Shown: piece by piece, positions 1 through 10,462 of the stretch
Position numbering within the stretch: the stretch's first letter is position 1
Layout of the letters: every line of letters begins with the position of its first letter
From: an uncultured Candidatus Saccharibacteria bacterium
GTDB taxonomy: Bacteria; Patescibacteriota; Minisyncoccia; Phycocordibacterales; DATDWN01
Assembly: GCA_964576615.1 (NCBI GenBank)
Contig: CAZNUU010000001.1
Location: 95,309 to 159,308, forward strand
Length of the DNA: 64,000 nt
Direction of reading: 5' to 3'
Notes under the pieces: model-generated
The model's database searches: none
What the model saw: the letters and a program-made list of their open reading frames with translations, nothing else
What the model was told of the DNA's origin: nothing
Program-made: the position numbers and the translations under genes

Positions 1-28
1 GTCATGATAAAATTTACTTGGAGGTGAA

Positions 29-376
29 ATGATGATTTACGCCATGCGACCGCGCGGAAACGAGCAAGTCTGCACGAGGATTGAGTTCCGAGGGTTCGAG
101 ATCAGCATCGCGATGGATGCGTTCCACGCGGGATCTCCTGCCCTGATGCGACGAACGCTTGCGGTTTATTACAACGACCGCGACGTCACCGCGAACTTCT
201 ACCCGTCGGAAGGTGTGAGGATGACCCTCGACGGAGTGGTCGACTGCACCGGCGACGACCTCTTCGACATCATGAAGCAAATCGTCGAAGCGACGCCGAA
301 CTTCAAGTCCCCACACCCCAAGAAGAATACCGACTGCGATGTCTGCCACGGTCCCTGCATCGGCGCCGACGCATAG
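29..376 (+). CDS. Hypothetical protein, GC-rich cassette
   Basis: 115-aa ORF; GGAGGTG SD upstream; hairpin terminator 400-422; C-terminal CxxC. Confidence 0.7.
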   Translation: MMIYAMRPRGNEQVCTRIEFRGFEISIAMDAFHAGSPALMRRTLAVYYNDRDVTANFYPSEGVRMTLDGVVDCTGDDLFDIMKQIVEATPNFKSPHPKKNTDCDVCHGPCIGADA

Positions 377-399
377 ACCAACACAGATCCCTGCCCCCA

Positions 400-428
400 A
401 GGCCGTCACAACCTGACGGCCTCTTCTT
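400..428 (+). terminator. Intrinsic terminator
   Basis: AGGCCGTCA-caacc-TGACGGCCT followed by a T-rich tract. Confidence 0.7.
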
Positions 429-470
429 ATTTATAAAATTTTAATGGCTCGTCGTTTGCACGATGAGCCA

Positions 471-1073
471 TTAGTTTTTCCACCACAGTCGGAGCATGAG
501 CACCATGACACCGAATGTGAGAACGAAGGAGCGACCAGCATACGTTGCGGCCAGCCAATTTCGTTGCCGAAGCGGAATACTCCAGGCAATCCCAGTTACC
601 ACACCCATCAGTCCCCAGAGTACAAATGACTCTGAGTTCTGAGTTGCTGTCCAGAGATGATAAAGAGTGGGTACGTAACCGAGACCCATCACAACATTAA
701 TCGCGATGTTTGTCCGAAATGCTTTCTTGCTCGTGTAATAGTAGACTAGTGTCCCTAAAACGGAGAGCAAACAAAACTTTTGGACAAAGTTTTGGGCAAA
801 TGGACTACGAGCCCAAAGCAGTGCAAGCGACACCAAAGACGTCTGAACTACACTACCAATGTTCGACATGTTAGCTAGAAAATCTGGCTTACGCCCTTCT
901 TTCTCCTCATGTCGAATATAGGTAAATAGACTGGCTGACGAACCAATAAAAAAGGTCAGCCACGTTGCCAGAACCGGTGCACTTAGCCCCACAACAATCT
1001 GGTAGACATACCAGGAAGTTGTGAGACAGAGCGCAGCACTGTAGACGAAAGCGAAGCGTTGTTTACTCATCAC
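471..1073 (-). CDS. Multi-pass membrane hypothetical protein (cassette)
   Basis: 200 aa with several hydrophobic segments; GGAGG SD; hairpin 444-471 after the stop. Confidence 0.75.
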   Translation of the reverse strand: MMSKQRFAFVYSAALCLTTSWYVYQIVVGLSAPVLATWLTFFIGSSASLFTYIRHEEKEGRKPDFLANMSNIGSVVQTSLVSLALLWARSPFAQNFVQKFCLLSVLGTLVYYYTSKKAFRTNIAINVVMGLGYVPTLYHLWTATQNSESFVLWGLMGVVTGIAWSIPLRQRNWLAATYAGRSFVLTFGVMVLMLRLWWKN

Positions 1074-1171
1074 AACCTCCTCTATTTTTCAGATTACACT
1101 AAATCGTTTAAAGATCAATATTTACTTAACGAAAATGCGCGCACCGTTCGAAAACAGTGCGCGCTTGAACA

Positions 1172-2155
1172 TTACTTGGAGTTCATCATCTTGAGATAGC
1201 TGAGGATGTTCTGCACAGCTATCGTCCCCTCCGCCGAGGCCGAGGCGAGACGTTTGATGGAACTGTGCCTCACATCCCCCGCCGCGAAAACACCGGGAAT
1301 TGAGGTCTCAAGAAAGAGCGGAGAGCGACTCGCAAGATTCCACCAGCCTGTGGGAATATCGTTCCCAGTGCAGACAAACCCCTTCTCGTCGCGGGAAAGT
1401 ATCCCGGCCATCCACTCGGTGTTGGTCACCTCTCCGATACAGATGAAGAGGTGCTGGCAGATGATCTGGCTCTCGCCTTCCGGCTTCAAGACCAGAATTT
1501 TCTCGAGCTTGCCATTGCCGACTGCCTCTCGAATCTGACAGTTGTAGTGGATCCGGATCTTGGACTTCTTGATCCGGTCGATGAGATAGGCGGACATGCT
1601 GGCAGAGAGATCCGACTTCTTGATCAGCATGTGAACATCACACCCCGGCTGCTTGGAGAGGTGAAGTACTGCTTGTCCGGCGGAATTCGCTCCGCCGATG
1701 ACCACAGCTGCACCCTCAAACGGGTGAGTAAGCGGTGGTGAGCCGTATTTCACTCCCTTGCCCAGAAGATGGGCAATCCCAGGAACGTCGTCCAGACGAC
1801 GATGAGTCGCGCCGAGCGCCAGGATGACCGTCTTGGACGGAATGACAGTGCCGTCATCCGCAGTAACGAGTACCCTGCCGTCCGACTGCTTGAGGCTCAC
1901 GATATTGCACGGCCCCAAGAACTCCGTCCCGAACTTCAGCGCCTGGGCGATCCCGCGAGAAGCGAGCTCGGCACCTGTGAGACCTTCGGGAAACCCGAAG
2001 TAGTTCTCGATCGCTGAGCTCTCGCTCGCCTGACCTCCACAGCCATCCTTCTCTCTTTCGATGAGAAGGGTCTTCAAACCCTCCGACTCTGCAGTAATGG
2101 CCGCGCCAAGTCCGGCCGGACCACGACCCACAATCACAACGTCATAGTTGTCCAT
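1172..2155 (-). CDS. Thioredoxin reductase-like FAD-dependent oxidoreductase lacking CxxC
   Basis: GxGPAG FAD motif, IENYFGF, GGANSA, TSIPGVFAAGDVR; SD GGAGG; promoter TTGACT-N17-TAATCT at 2201-2173; hairpin 1137-1164. Confidence 0.85.
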   Translation of the reverse strand: MDNYDVVIVGRGPAGLGAAITAESEGLKTLLIEREKDGCGGQASESSAIENYFGFPEGLTGAELASRGIAQALKFGTEFLGPCNIVSLKQSDGRVLVTADDGTVIPSKTVILALGATHRRLDDVPGIAHLLGKGVKYGSPPLTHPFEGAAVVIGGANSAGQAVLHLSKQPGCDVHMLIKKSDLSASMSAYLIDRIKKSKIRIHYNCQIREAVGNGKLEKILVLKPEGESQIICQHLFICIGEVTNTEWMAGILSRDEKGFVCTGNDIPTGWWNLASRSPLFLETSIPGVFAAGDVRHSSIKRLASASAEGTIAVQNILSYLKMMNSK

Positions 2156-2250
2156 GACAACCTCCGCGAATGAGATTACAATAGATTTATTGTAAAGTCA
2201 ATATCAAATAAATTTTAACTTTATGAAACAAAAAATGCTAGTATTTTTGT

Positions 2251-3834
2251 ATGTCTGAAGAAAATTTACCAAAGACTATATCTGGTGCTACGCCAGAAAT
2301 TCCATTTCAGATGTATGAAGTTTCTGGTCAAGACACGATTAGCCAACATGCTTTCGAGAGATATATAAAAGACAGAGACCAGGATGAGAGTATTTCAAAA
2401 AGTGCGGAAACACGAGAAGAAAAAAATTTACTTAAAAAAATAGACGCAGTCAATTATGCAAATAATTTTGGCCTTATTTCAGAGAACTTAGATAATCCGG
2501 ACCCTATTATGCAAGAAAGGGCAGCTGAGCTTATAGCTTTTATTCCCTCGGATAAACGACTTGAGCTTATAATGCGTTTCCTTGAAAAAGGTCCGAATGT
2601 ACAGGTTGCGGCACTTGAAGGTCTTCAACATTTAAGCCCAGAAGTGTGGGAAAATATTTTACCAGTGATCAAGGATAGAATTGATCTTGGACTAAATAGT
2701 AATGAGGAAGAAAAAGTGATAATGGCAATAAAAATGATTCACTATATATACAGTAGCGATGATACATCAAAATTTATAATGCGGGTTCTGACAGATAAAA
2801 TTGAGTACTGGGAATTATTAAGAAGTTCACTTTTTGATGCAAACGAGGAAGTAAAAAATTTTATCGACGAACTAGTGTTGAAAAAACTGAATTCAAAAGA
2901 CAATTCAGATAAAAAAATGGTAGTGGGTTTACTTCAGTTTGGACATGCCGAGAAAATACTTGAAACTATAATGAAAGTCACATTAGATGATGATGAATTT
3001 GCTTTTAAAATGTCCACTATAATATTTTCAGCTCCAGAAAAGGATCAGCTTAAATTTATTAGGACCATATTAGATAGGGACATTCGCTATCACGAACTGG
3101 CCGCGGAACTCATTAGTTACATGCTTGTAAATGCTCCGGTGGAAGAGGATGAACCTGAATTTAATGCAGTTTTAGATGAGACTATGAAAAAAGCCAAGGA
3201 AGATCTACTAGATGAGAACGTAGAAGTTCGACGAACTGGGGCTAGGATAGCAGTCTTACTTGATCCCAGTAATGACAATGAATTGACGAGCTTGGCAATT
3301 GAGAGAGGAGTCAGCGATGAGCTAGTTAAAGCACCTATTTATGCTAACACTGGGGTTAATAAACAGAAATTCTTTCGGGCTGATTTTTTCAAAACTGGAT
3401 CAGAGACAACTTTATTAGGGGGAGAACTAAAAGATAAAACTATTGTAAGACATATTGAACCAGGGGCATTCCTCACCTGGCAGAAGTTATTTGAGAATTA
3501 TAAATTGTGGCAGGACAATGGTTTCGATTATGTCCCGATCGAGCCGATTCACTCATATAGACTTGATAATAATGGTCTGGTAGATGTTTTTTGTGGAGTG
3601 CTTGATCTTAATCTAGAAGACTGGATGGAAAGAAGCAAGGCACATAATAAAGAATTGACAGAGCAGATGGAAAGAATAACAGGGGTATTAGAAAAGTCTG
3701 GCATAGAGCATGGCCACCCCCATGAGAAGAATTTTTGTTTGCGCTTTTGGCGAGATTCAAGCGGACAAGTAGATTTTAATAGAATCCCCAGACTTTATTT
3801 GATTGATTTTGATATGGCTGCATCACTACCTTAA
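2251..3834 (+). CDS. Helical (HEAT-like) repeat protein with C-terminal kinase-like domain
   Basis: Repeats such as LLDENVEVRRTGA; C-terminal HGHPHEKN...LIDFD resembles the kinase catalytic and Mg-binding loops. Confidence 0.55.
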   Translation: MSEENLPKTISGATPEIPFQMYEVSGQDTISQHAFERYIKDRDQDESISKSAETREEKNLLKKIDAVNYANNFGLISENLDNPDPIMQERAAELIAFIPSDKRLELIMRFLEKGPNVQVAALEGLQHLSPEVWENILPVIKDRIDLGLNSNEEEKVIMAIKMIHYIYSSDDTSKFIMRVLTDKIEYWELLRSSLFDANEEVKNFIDELVLKKLNSKDNSDKKMVVGLLQFGHAEKILETIMKVTLDDDEFAFKMSTIIFSAPEKDQLKFIRTILDRDIRYHELAAELISYMLVNAPVEEDEPEFNAVLDETMKKAKEDLLDENVEVRRTGARIAVLLDPSNDNELTSLAIERGVSDELVKAPIYANTGVNKQKFFRADFFKTGSETTLLGGELKDKTIVRHIEPGAFLTWQKLFENYKLWQDNGFDYVPIEPIHSYRLDNNGLVDVFCGVLDLNLEDWMERSKAHNKELTEQMERITGVLEKSGIEHGHPHEKNFCLRFWRDSSGQVDFNRIPRLYLIDFDMAASLP

Positions 3835-4476
3835 ATCAAACATCCACCACTCTTCACTTTGATGAGGAATCATGTGAGAATGAACTATTCTATAGTCATA
3901 CTCTTTAACCATACTATGAAATTTTTCAATCGAACCACCGATGTTGACCCAACATGCGTAAATAGTTCCTTCTTTATTTAAATAATTTTTGGCAACTTGC
4001 AAAAAACGACGAAAAGTATTGAACCCGGGATCATAGATTGCTTTTTCGCGCAGCTCATTTACAGGAGCATCAATAGAGGGTAAATAAGCAACGATTGAAT
4101 CAAACTTTTCGAAAATATTTTGAAATAGATCCGATTCAATTACTTTAGATTTTGTGACACTATATTTTTTAAAATTTTCGTTTGTGTTCCCACATGCCCA
4201 AGGGTTAATGTCGACTGCCACCACTTCTCTTTCACCAGCCTGGTGAGCAATAATGCCTTGAATTCCTGTTCCCGACCCCATGTCCAAAACTTTCTTATCT
4301 CTGTACATTAAAATATTTTTTGGAGAGACACCTTCTATTTTTGAAATCTGCCTAGGCACAAACACATTTGGAAAAACAACGAGTCTAAATCCACGATAAA
4401 TTATTTCTTGCTCTTTATCGTAGAAGTGCTTGTGCACTTGTGCACCTTTGGCTGATCGTGTTCTTACCTGCGTCAT
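3826..4476 (-). CDS. Class I SAM-dependent methyltransferase (HemK/PrmC-like)
   Basis: VFVPR, VLDMGSGTG, VAVDINP, SDLF motifs. Confidence 0.8.
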   Translation of the reverse strand: MTQVRTRSAKGAQVHKHFYDKEQEIIYRGFRLVVFPNVFVPRQISKIEGVSPKNILMYRDKKVLDMGSGTGIQGIIAHQAGEREVVAVDINPWACGNTNENFKKYSVTKSKVIESDLFQNIFEKFDSIVAYLPSIDAPVNELREKAIYDPGFNTFRRFLQVAKNYLNKEGTIYACWVNIGGSIEKFHSMVKEYDYRIVHSHMIPHQSEEWWMFDLR

Positions 4477-4582
4477 CCAACTAATATTACCTATGACTGA
4501 AAAAAGTCAAACATTATTCACGTATCTAACAATTGACATACTTATAAAAATAGGTTAGTATCTTCAACAGATTGGAGGCAAG

Positions 4583-4882
4583 ATGAATCTGAACGGCAGA
4601 AGTTACAAGGCCGGGAAGGTGACTTTCAAGGTCCTCGAGGGTGAGGACTACCCGGCAAAGAAGGTGAGCGATCGATACGCCAAGATCCTCAACATCAAGG
4701 CGGGGTGTCTGGTTGGGGTGAAGTTCCATTCGACAGTAATTACGAACATCACCTACGACAAGGGTGTTGTACGCCTCAATAAGATCGAGGTGGACGGCAA
4801 GGTGATCGACAAGGCGGGCAAGATTTCCGAAGCTCTCGGCGTCGATGCACCCCTCATCCCCTACGACCTCTCGGAGCTCTAG
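4583..4882 (+). CDS. Hypothetical protein, GC-rich cassette
   Basis: 99 aa; TTGACA-N17-TAGTAT at 4533-4561; GGAGG SD; terminator 4899-4930. Confidence 0.75.
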   Translation: MNLNGRSYKAGKVTFKVLEGEDYPAKKVSDRYAKILNIKAGCLVGVKFHSTVITNITYDKGVVRLNKIEVDGKVIDKAGKISEALGVDAPLIPYDLSEL

Positions 4883-4928
4883 TGAGCTCCACTGCCCGAG
4901 GCTGACCGGTATACCCGGCCAGCCTTTT

Positions 4929-7900
4929 TTATTTAATGATCACGCCACCTTGATTTCTTTTCATACGCCTAAATAGTTTGTAGCTTTTCTTGGGCCTGTA
5001 CCTTACAAAGAGATTATCGATTACCTCATCATCTGGTATTGCCTCAATGCTGCCATGTTCCTTCTTCATCCCCTCCCCCTTGGCAATAATCTCTTGCTCC
5101 TCAACATATGTCTTTTGATCTTCCTCGTTAAAATCGATATGAAACTGCTTACCGCCTAGTGAAAAATCAGTAATTAGTCTTCTAGAATCTTTTAACCCTG
5201 CACCTTTTTTCGATTTCTTCGCTCGTCTTTTAATTTTCTCGCCTTTCTCGTTTACCTCGATAAGCTTAAAACTATTAGGCTCTCCTTTGGACATGTGGCC
5301 AACAAAGTCCTCGACAGAAAAATTATCATCAATATTTTCAACTTTCTCCAAAGTAATGAATTTAGACTGATAGGATTTCCCGACAACAATCTTCCCGGTA
5401 TAGTCCTCGACCACCTTAAAACCAAGCACTCTTATGTTTTGCTTAAAACCTTCCCAATCGCTAAAGTCATCTGTGTGAACAAGATCAATAATAGCTCTCC
5501 CCCCAACTTTCAAAACTCTGGACATCTCCTTCAGAACTTCCACCCGATCAATCCTACCTTTTGTCGGTTTGAAGTCAAAATAATGCAATGCGAATGTTAG
5601 ATTTAGATAATCAAATGAATTATTTTCGAACGGCAAACGAGTTAGCTGCCCTATGACCCTTTTCATACCTTCTTCTTTTTTAAAATGAGCTGGGTTAATA
5701 TCTGTGGCTGTAATTCTCCCAGCCAGTTCATCCCCACTATGCCTCTTTAACATCTCCGGTCCCGATGCTAGATCTAATATGCTTAAGCTATCAACGGGTT
5801 CGCCATTGTCTTCTATAAACTTTTTCAGAACAGTAGTAGCTATTCTGTTGGCATTCGACTGATAGTTACGTCTGCCTAATTCTTGGTAGGCATCCGCATA
5901 CTCTTCTCCTCTGGTCATCTCTTTACCTTGGATATCGAGATAACGCATGAATTCTTTTTCTCCAATCTCCCAAACTTCGCCGAATATTTGCATCAATTTT
6001 TCCCACTTGTTGAAATAATACCTTGCGAGTTCCGGATTAATTTCCTTATTCTCATCTTGATCTTCTGTCTTTTCAATTATTTCTCTCTCAAGTTCTGTCA
6101 AAGGAACTCCGCGGAGCAATTTTTCCACAGCTCTCTTTTTCATGGCGATAAATTGGTGAATCCCTTCTTCAATAGTACCCTTACCAATAAAAGTTTTGCT
6201 CTCGAGCTCATGCTTCAATCCGGGACGATAAACACGAGCTAGCTGTTGAGCTTTGATGTATTCAGTCCATGGCTCGTTATAAAAATAAACCATCTCCCCA
6301 CCTGAAAAATCAACTCCTTCGCTAGCTGTTTGACCTGAGACAACAACCAACATTTTTTCATCTGAACTATTCAACCTATCTTGAATTTCTTGTCTTGTCT
6401 TCTTTGAAGTATTCTTTTCACCCTCGATAATTTCAACATTTACATTCGGTGGTAAATTTATTTTTTCAATAATTGAACCGGGCCCTCGAATTATATTTTC
6501 AACATAATCATTAACGAACATAACAATTTTGTCGACCTTTTGAAAATCATCCTGTAATTCCTTCTCTACTCTCTTAGCTTTTGAGCAAATCACCCCTGGG
6601 GTCGGATCTACTATTTCGGGGTTCATTAGAAACTGGCGTAGTTTTTGGATTTTTTGTGTCGCGGTAAGCTCATCCTCTTCTTCCAAAATCGCCCCATACA
6701 CATCTCTCTCTAATTCAGTTAAATCTACATAAATTGGTTCATGTTCTATATGCTGGGGCATCTCAACACTCTCTCTCAAACTTTTCATCTGCATTCTAGG
6801 AACAAGCAGACTTCTCAGATCTATGAGATCACCGTTTATAATACTCCTGACCATCTCAGAGTTTTTCATTTCATTAAATTTCTCCGGATAAAGTAATCTT
6901 AGTATTAGAGCAACATCCTCGATCTTGTTTGGTACTGGAGTACCAGATAAAATAGCTAAGTATTTATCGTCCCCTTCAATTTTCTTAGCTAAAGAAAGCA
7001 GGAGCTGCGACCTTACCCCCTCATTTACATTTTTAAACTTGTGAACCTCGTCTACAATTAGCATACCTGGGTCAAGCTTCATGAGCTCAGTGGTATACTC
7101 CTCTGTCATTCTTTCGTGGGAGATAACTATATAATCATAAGTTGATGTATCCCGCTGTAGATCTTCTATACTTTCTACAACTAAAACGCTTGGATTCTCT
7201 CCAGGTTTAAAATAGGTGTGCAGATAACCTTTCTTTTTTTTATTATCCACCCAAGTTGAAACTACATTGCTAGGTACAACAACTAGAGCCTGTTTAATAC
7301 CGAGTGATTCTTTGGTTAAGATCGCAGACGCACTTTTGCCGAGACCCATTTCATCCGCGATTAGTATTTTCTTTTTATCTGAAAGCTCTCTTATATTTAT
7401 ACGCTGGTTTAGATCTGGAAAATCTCTCCCCTCTTTCAGTCCTAGAACTATTTTCTCTGGTTTTTCTATAGACAATAGTCCTGAGTAATACTTTTCAAGT
7501 TCAGTGATAACAAAATCGATATCTGTACTTCCTAGATTCGCTGACTTTTGTCTTACCCCCCCGATATATTCCTCAATGATTTCCTTGTCTTGCCTGTCTT
7601 TATTTTTTCTCTTTTCGAGGTGGTAATATTCCAGACAAGCTTCTTTCATTATCTCAAGAAGCCCTTCGCGTAACTTCGGATCTTTGACAAACTCAACTGC
7701 AATTGGTAAATCATCCACTCTGAAGCCATGCCTTACAACCAAAAAATCTCCGATGTAGTCCGCCATAAGACTTTTAACATATTCCTCTTTGACTGGAAGA
7801 CCTCGAAACTCTGGCCTAAATTTGTATAGAATATCTAGGACTTTGGATGGACCAAAGAGCCCGATAAGACTTCTAAACTGCTGGGCAGTTAAGCTATCGC

Positions 7901-9089
7901 CTTTTTCTACATCTTTTAACAGATCCTCTAAATCGGTTTCTAATTTTTTATTCTTATCTTCTTTATTTAGTTCATCTTTCCTTAGGCTTACTTGTTCTCT
8001 AATAAAATCAGCTAGGGGTTTATGTATAAAAAGAGTTACTGTATTATTCTTTTCCTTATTGTAATAGAGTTTTGCTTGTCCTGGAAAGTTTGCATCAGCT
8101 TCTGCAGCTATCCTTTTAATTACTTTCTTTTTTATGGATAGTTCATCAGCTAAATTGTCAATCGAAATAGAACCCTCGGGAGGAGCCTGCATTTCCTTTA
8201 TATCAATTTTAATTTTATCGATGAGTTCAGGTGAGAAATAAGTATGCACACCGTTTAAATCCCGGTGTTTCTTTTCTAAACTTTCGTCCTTTTCAGTATA
8301 TTTTTTGGCAGCCTTTGTTATGGTCGAATAAGATACAGCAAGTTCTTCAGCTAAATCAGGCACGGTTCTCCAACCTTCCGGTGGTGGGGGATATTGCCTA
8401 AAGTTCTCTAATATTTTTTCAACTAATTGATTGGAATAAAGCTCATCGCCCTGACCAATATCCTGCGATGTTCTCTCCAGAAACCAATCTGGGTGTGAAT
8501 GTTTATATGTCCTAGCAAATGAACGGATTGAGTTATCCGAGATTGTGATCCCTTCACTTGCTAATTCCTCTTTTATCTCTACAGCAGTTTTCCATTTCTG
8601 AAACTCCCGCACTTTTTCTTTTATTATCTCCTCTAAATCTGGATGAATATATTCATGAGTAGTTTTTCCTTTTATGTCTTTACGAGTTAAGATCCAGTCA
8701 GGATTGGATTTTCTGTATGGTTCGATTATCTTATTTATCCAGTTGTCACTAATACCAAGTCTATTGGCAATTTGATTTTTGGTATGCCATTTTTCCTCTA
8801 TTTCTTTTATTTTTTCTTTTTTTTCAATTTCACCCTTGAACCTATCATGGAGTACTTCTGCTAACTCAGGTGAGACGTATTCACTTTTTTTCCCATCCCT
8901 GGGTGTAAATTTTCTAAAATATTCTTCATGTTCAGATCTATACTCTTCGGCAAGTCTTGCTACTTTGGTAGGGCTAATTCCCCATTTTTTAGCTAATTCG
9001 ATCACGGTGTACCAATTTTCTGGAGGTGGTAAACCTTCCATATAATCCAGAACTGAAACATTTTGTGGAGTTGGAAATCCTTCTGTCAT
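4929..9089 (-). CDS. HTH-repeat / SNF2-family helicase / SAM-methyltransferase fusion
   Basis: ADEMGLGKS (Walker A), DEVH, LSGTPVPN, EGVDF, QQLARVYRPG; C-terminal ILDLASGP and LPFENNSFD; five N-terminal HTH-like repeats. Confidence 0.8.
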   Translation of the reverse strand: MTEGFPTPQNVSVLDYMEGLPPPENWYTVIELAKKWGISPTKVARLAEEYRSEHEEYFRKFTPRDGKKSEYVSPELAEVLHDRFKGEIEKKEKIKEIEEKWHTKNQIANRLGISDNWINKIIEPYRKSNPDWILTRKDIKGKTTHEYIHPDLEEIIKEKVREFQKWKTAVEIKEELASEGITISDNSIRSFARTYKHSHPDWFLERTSQDIGQGDELYSNQLVEKILENFRQYPPPPEGWRTVPDLAEELAVSYSTITKAAKKYTEKDESLEKKHRDLNGVHTYFSPELIDKIKIDIKEMQAPPEGSISIDNLADELSIKKKVIKRIAAEADANFPGQAKLYYNKEKNNTVTLFIHKPLADFIREQVSLRKDELNKEDKNKKLETDLEDLLKDVEKGDSLTAQQFRSLIGLFGPSKVLDILYKFRPEFRGLPVKEEYVKSLMADYIGDFLVVRHGFRVDDLPIAVEFVKDPKLREGLLEIMKEACLEYYHLEKRKNKDRQDKEIIEEYIGGVRQKSANLGSTDIDFVITELEKYYSGLLSIEKPEKIVLGLKEGRDFPDLNQRINIRELSDKKKILIADEMGLGKSASAILTKESLGIKQALVVVPSNVVSTWVDNKKKKGYLHTYFKPGENPSVLVVESIEDLQRDTSTYDYIVISHERMTEEYTTELMKLDPGMLIVDEVHKFKNVNEGVRSQLLLSLAKKIEGDDKYLAILSGTPVPNKIEDVALILRLLYPEKFNEMKNSEMVRSIINGDLIDLRSLLVPRMQMKSLRESVEMPQHIEHEPIYVDLTELERDVYGAILEEEDELTATQKIQKLRQFLMNPEIVDPTPGVICSKAKRVEKELQDDFQKVDKIVMFVNDYVENIIRGPGSIIEKINLPPNVNVEIIEGEKNTSKKTRQEIQDRLNSSDEKMLVVVSGQTASEGVDFSGGEMVYFYNEPWTEYIKAQQLARVYRPGLKHELESKTFIGKGTIEEGIHQFIAMKKRAVEKLLRGVPLTELEREIIEKTEDQDENKEINPELARYYFNKWEKLMQIFGEVWEIGEKEFMRYLDIQGKEMTRGEEYADAYQELGRRNYQSNANRIATTVLKKFIEDNGEPVDSLSILDLASGPEMLKRHSGDELAGRITATDINPAHFKKEEGMKRVIGQLTRLPFENNSFDYLNLTFALHYFDFKPTKGRIDRVEVLKEMSRVLKVGGRAIIDLVHTDDFSDWEGFKQNIRVLGFKVVEDYTGKIVVGKSYQSKFITLEKVENIDDNFSVEDFVGHMSKGEPNSFKLIEVNEKGEKIKRRAKKSKKGAGLKDSRRLITDFSLGGKQFHIDFNEEDQKTYVEEQEIIAKGEGMKKEHGSIEAIPDDEVIDNLFVRYRPKKSYKLFRRMKRNQGGVIIK

Positions 9090-9152
9090 AAAATTGATTT
9101 TAGCACATTTTTAGCATGTATTTGTTCGAAATGATTTACTGTCGAATTAATG

Positions 9153-9181
9153 TTGACAAAATCTGTAAAATATGCTAGTGT
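9153..9181 (+). promoter_or_regulatory. sigma70-type promoter
   Basis: TTGACA-N17-TAGTGT with extended -10 TG. Confidence 0.65.
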
Positions 9182-9283
9182 TGCCCCAGCACTGCATTCC
9201 TGCAGTCAACTCGGGCATAAGACGCCTTAGGCGCACTGCTCCCGGGTATCGTTCGTTAACATCACCCAACTAGGAGTGATCGT

Positions 9284-10414
9284 ATGGGCAAGAGTTCGTT
9301 CGTCAACATGACGCATGCGGCTCTGGACGAGACACCCGCGAAGGAAATCATTCTTCGTGGCGTCGTCTCGCCGGCATCGCTTGGCTCACTGATGGTCGAT
9401 GACTATCAGCGAGAAGCGGCACCGCTTTCGTCGCTCAAGGGCATGCTCAAGGCGTTTGAGCAGGGCAGAACCCTGCCGGACATCGAGCTGGGCATGCGCG
9501 GTCAGCGTTTCGAGGAGAGCAAGACCGAGTCAGGTCTTTTTGTCCTCATGGACCCCGTCTACATCGTCGATGGGTTCCAGCGCGTCACCGCCGGGATGCA
9601 CCTTCAGGCTACCAAGCCCGAAGTGCCGATCCGCCTCGGTGCCACGATTCATTTCGGCACCACCAAGGAGTGGGAGTCCGAGCGCTTCCACATCTTGAAC
9701 ACGCTTCGGATGAAGGTCTCGGCCAACGTCCTCCTGCGCAACAAGCGGGAGACGAGCGAAGCCATCGCCATGCTCTACAGCCTGTCGACGACGGACAGGG
9801 GCTTCGCCCTCCACGATCGCATCAGCTGGAGACAGCGGATGACACGTGGGGAGCTCATCTCGGCGCTTTCCCTGGCAAAGGTCACGGGGTTGCTCCATTC
9901 TCACAAGGCGCCGAGTCGCCGTGTGCAGATGGACGAGCTCGTGCCGGCCCTGGACAGGGCTATCGAGATCTTCGGTTCCCACATCATGCGTGCCAACGTC
10001 GCGACGTTCTTCTCGCTCATCGACGAGTGCTGGGGCATCAAGCAAGTCCAGTATCGCGAGGGAGCGATCTACATGCGCGGCGCATTCCTGCACGTCCTGG
10101 CCCGGATTCTCTCCGATCACCACGACTTCTGGCGCGAGACCGATGAAAAGCGGCTCCTCGTTGAGGCACCGCTCCGTCGCAAACTCGCCCAGTTCCCGAT
10201 CCACGACCCGGGCGTCGTGAATCTGGCAAGCTCCGGTGGCAAGTCGAAGGACATTCTCTACGACCTCATCCGCAACCACATCAACAGTGGCAAGCGGTCG
10301 AAGAGACTGACCTGTCGTTACGGCGAACGGAGCGTCCCGGGTCTCGACGACGAGACGGATGATCAACCGGAATCGTCTAGCGTCGAGGAGCCGGCGACCA
10401 TCGTCTGCTCGTAG
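9284..10414 (+). CDS. ParB/DGQHR(DndB)-like domain protein, GC-rich cassette
   Basis: VDDYQRE and YIVDGFQRV motifs; AGGAG SD; terminator 10428-10462. Confidence 0.55.
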   Translation: MGKSSFVNMTHAALDETPAKEIILRGVVSPASLGSLMVDDYQREAAPLSSLKGMLKAFEQGRTLPDIELGMRGQRFEESKTESGLFVLMDPVYIVDGFQRVTAGMHLQATKPEVPIRLGATIHFGTTKEWESERFHILNTLRMKVSANVLLRNKRETSEAIAMLYSLSTTDRGFALHDRISWRQRMTRGELISALSLAKVTGLLHSHKAPSRRVQMDELVPALDRAIEIFGSHIMRANVATFFSLIDECWGIKQVQYREGAIYMRGAFLHVLARILSDHHDFWRETDEKRLLVEAPLRRKLAQFPIHDPGVVNLASSGGKSKDILYDLIRNHINSGKRSKRLTCRYGERSVPGLDDETDDQPESSSVEEPATIVCS

Positions 10415-10427
10415 AGTGAAGGTGATG

Positions 10428-10462
10428 AGGGCGTTCACATCGCGTGAACGCCCTTTTCTTTT
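10428..10462 (+). terminator. Intrinsic terminator
   Basis: AGGGCGTTCAC-atcgc-GTGAACGCCCT then TTTCTTTT. Confidence 0.8.
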
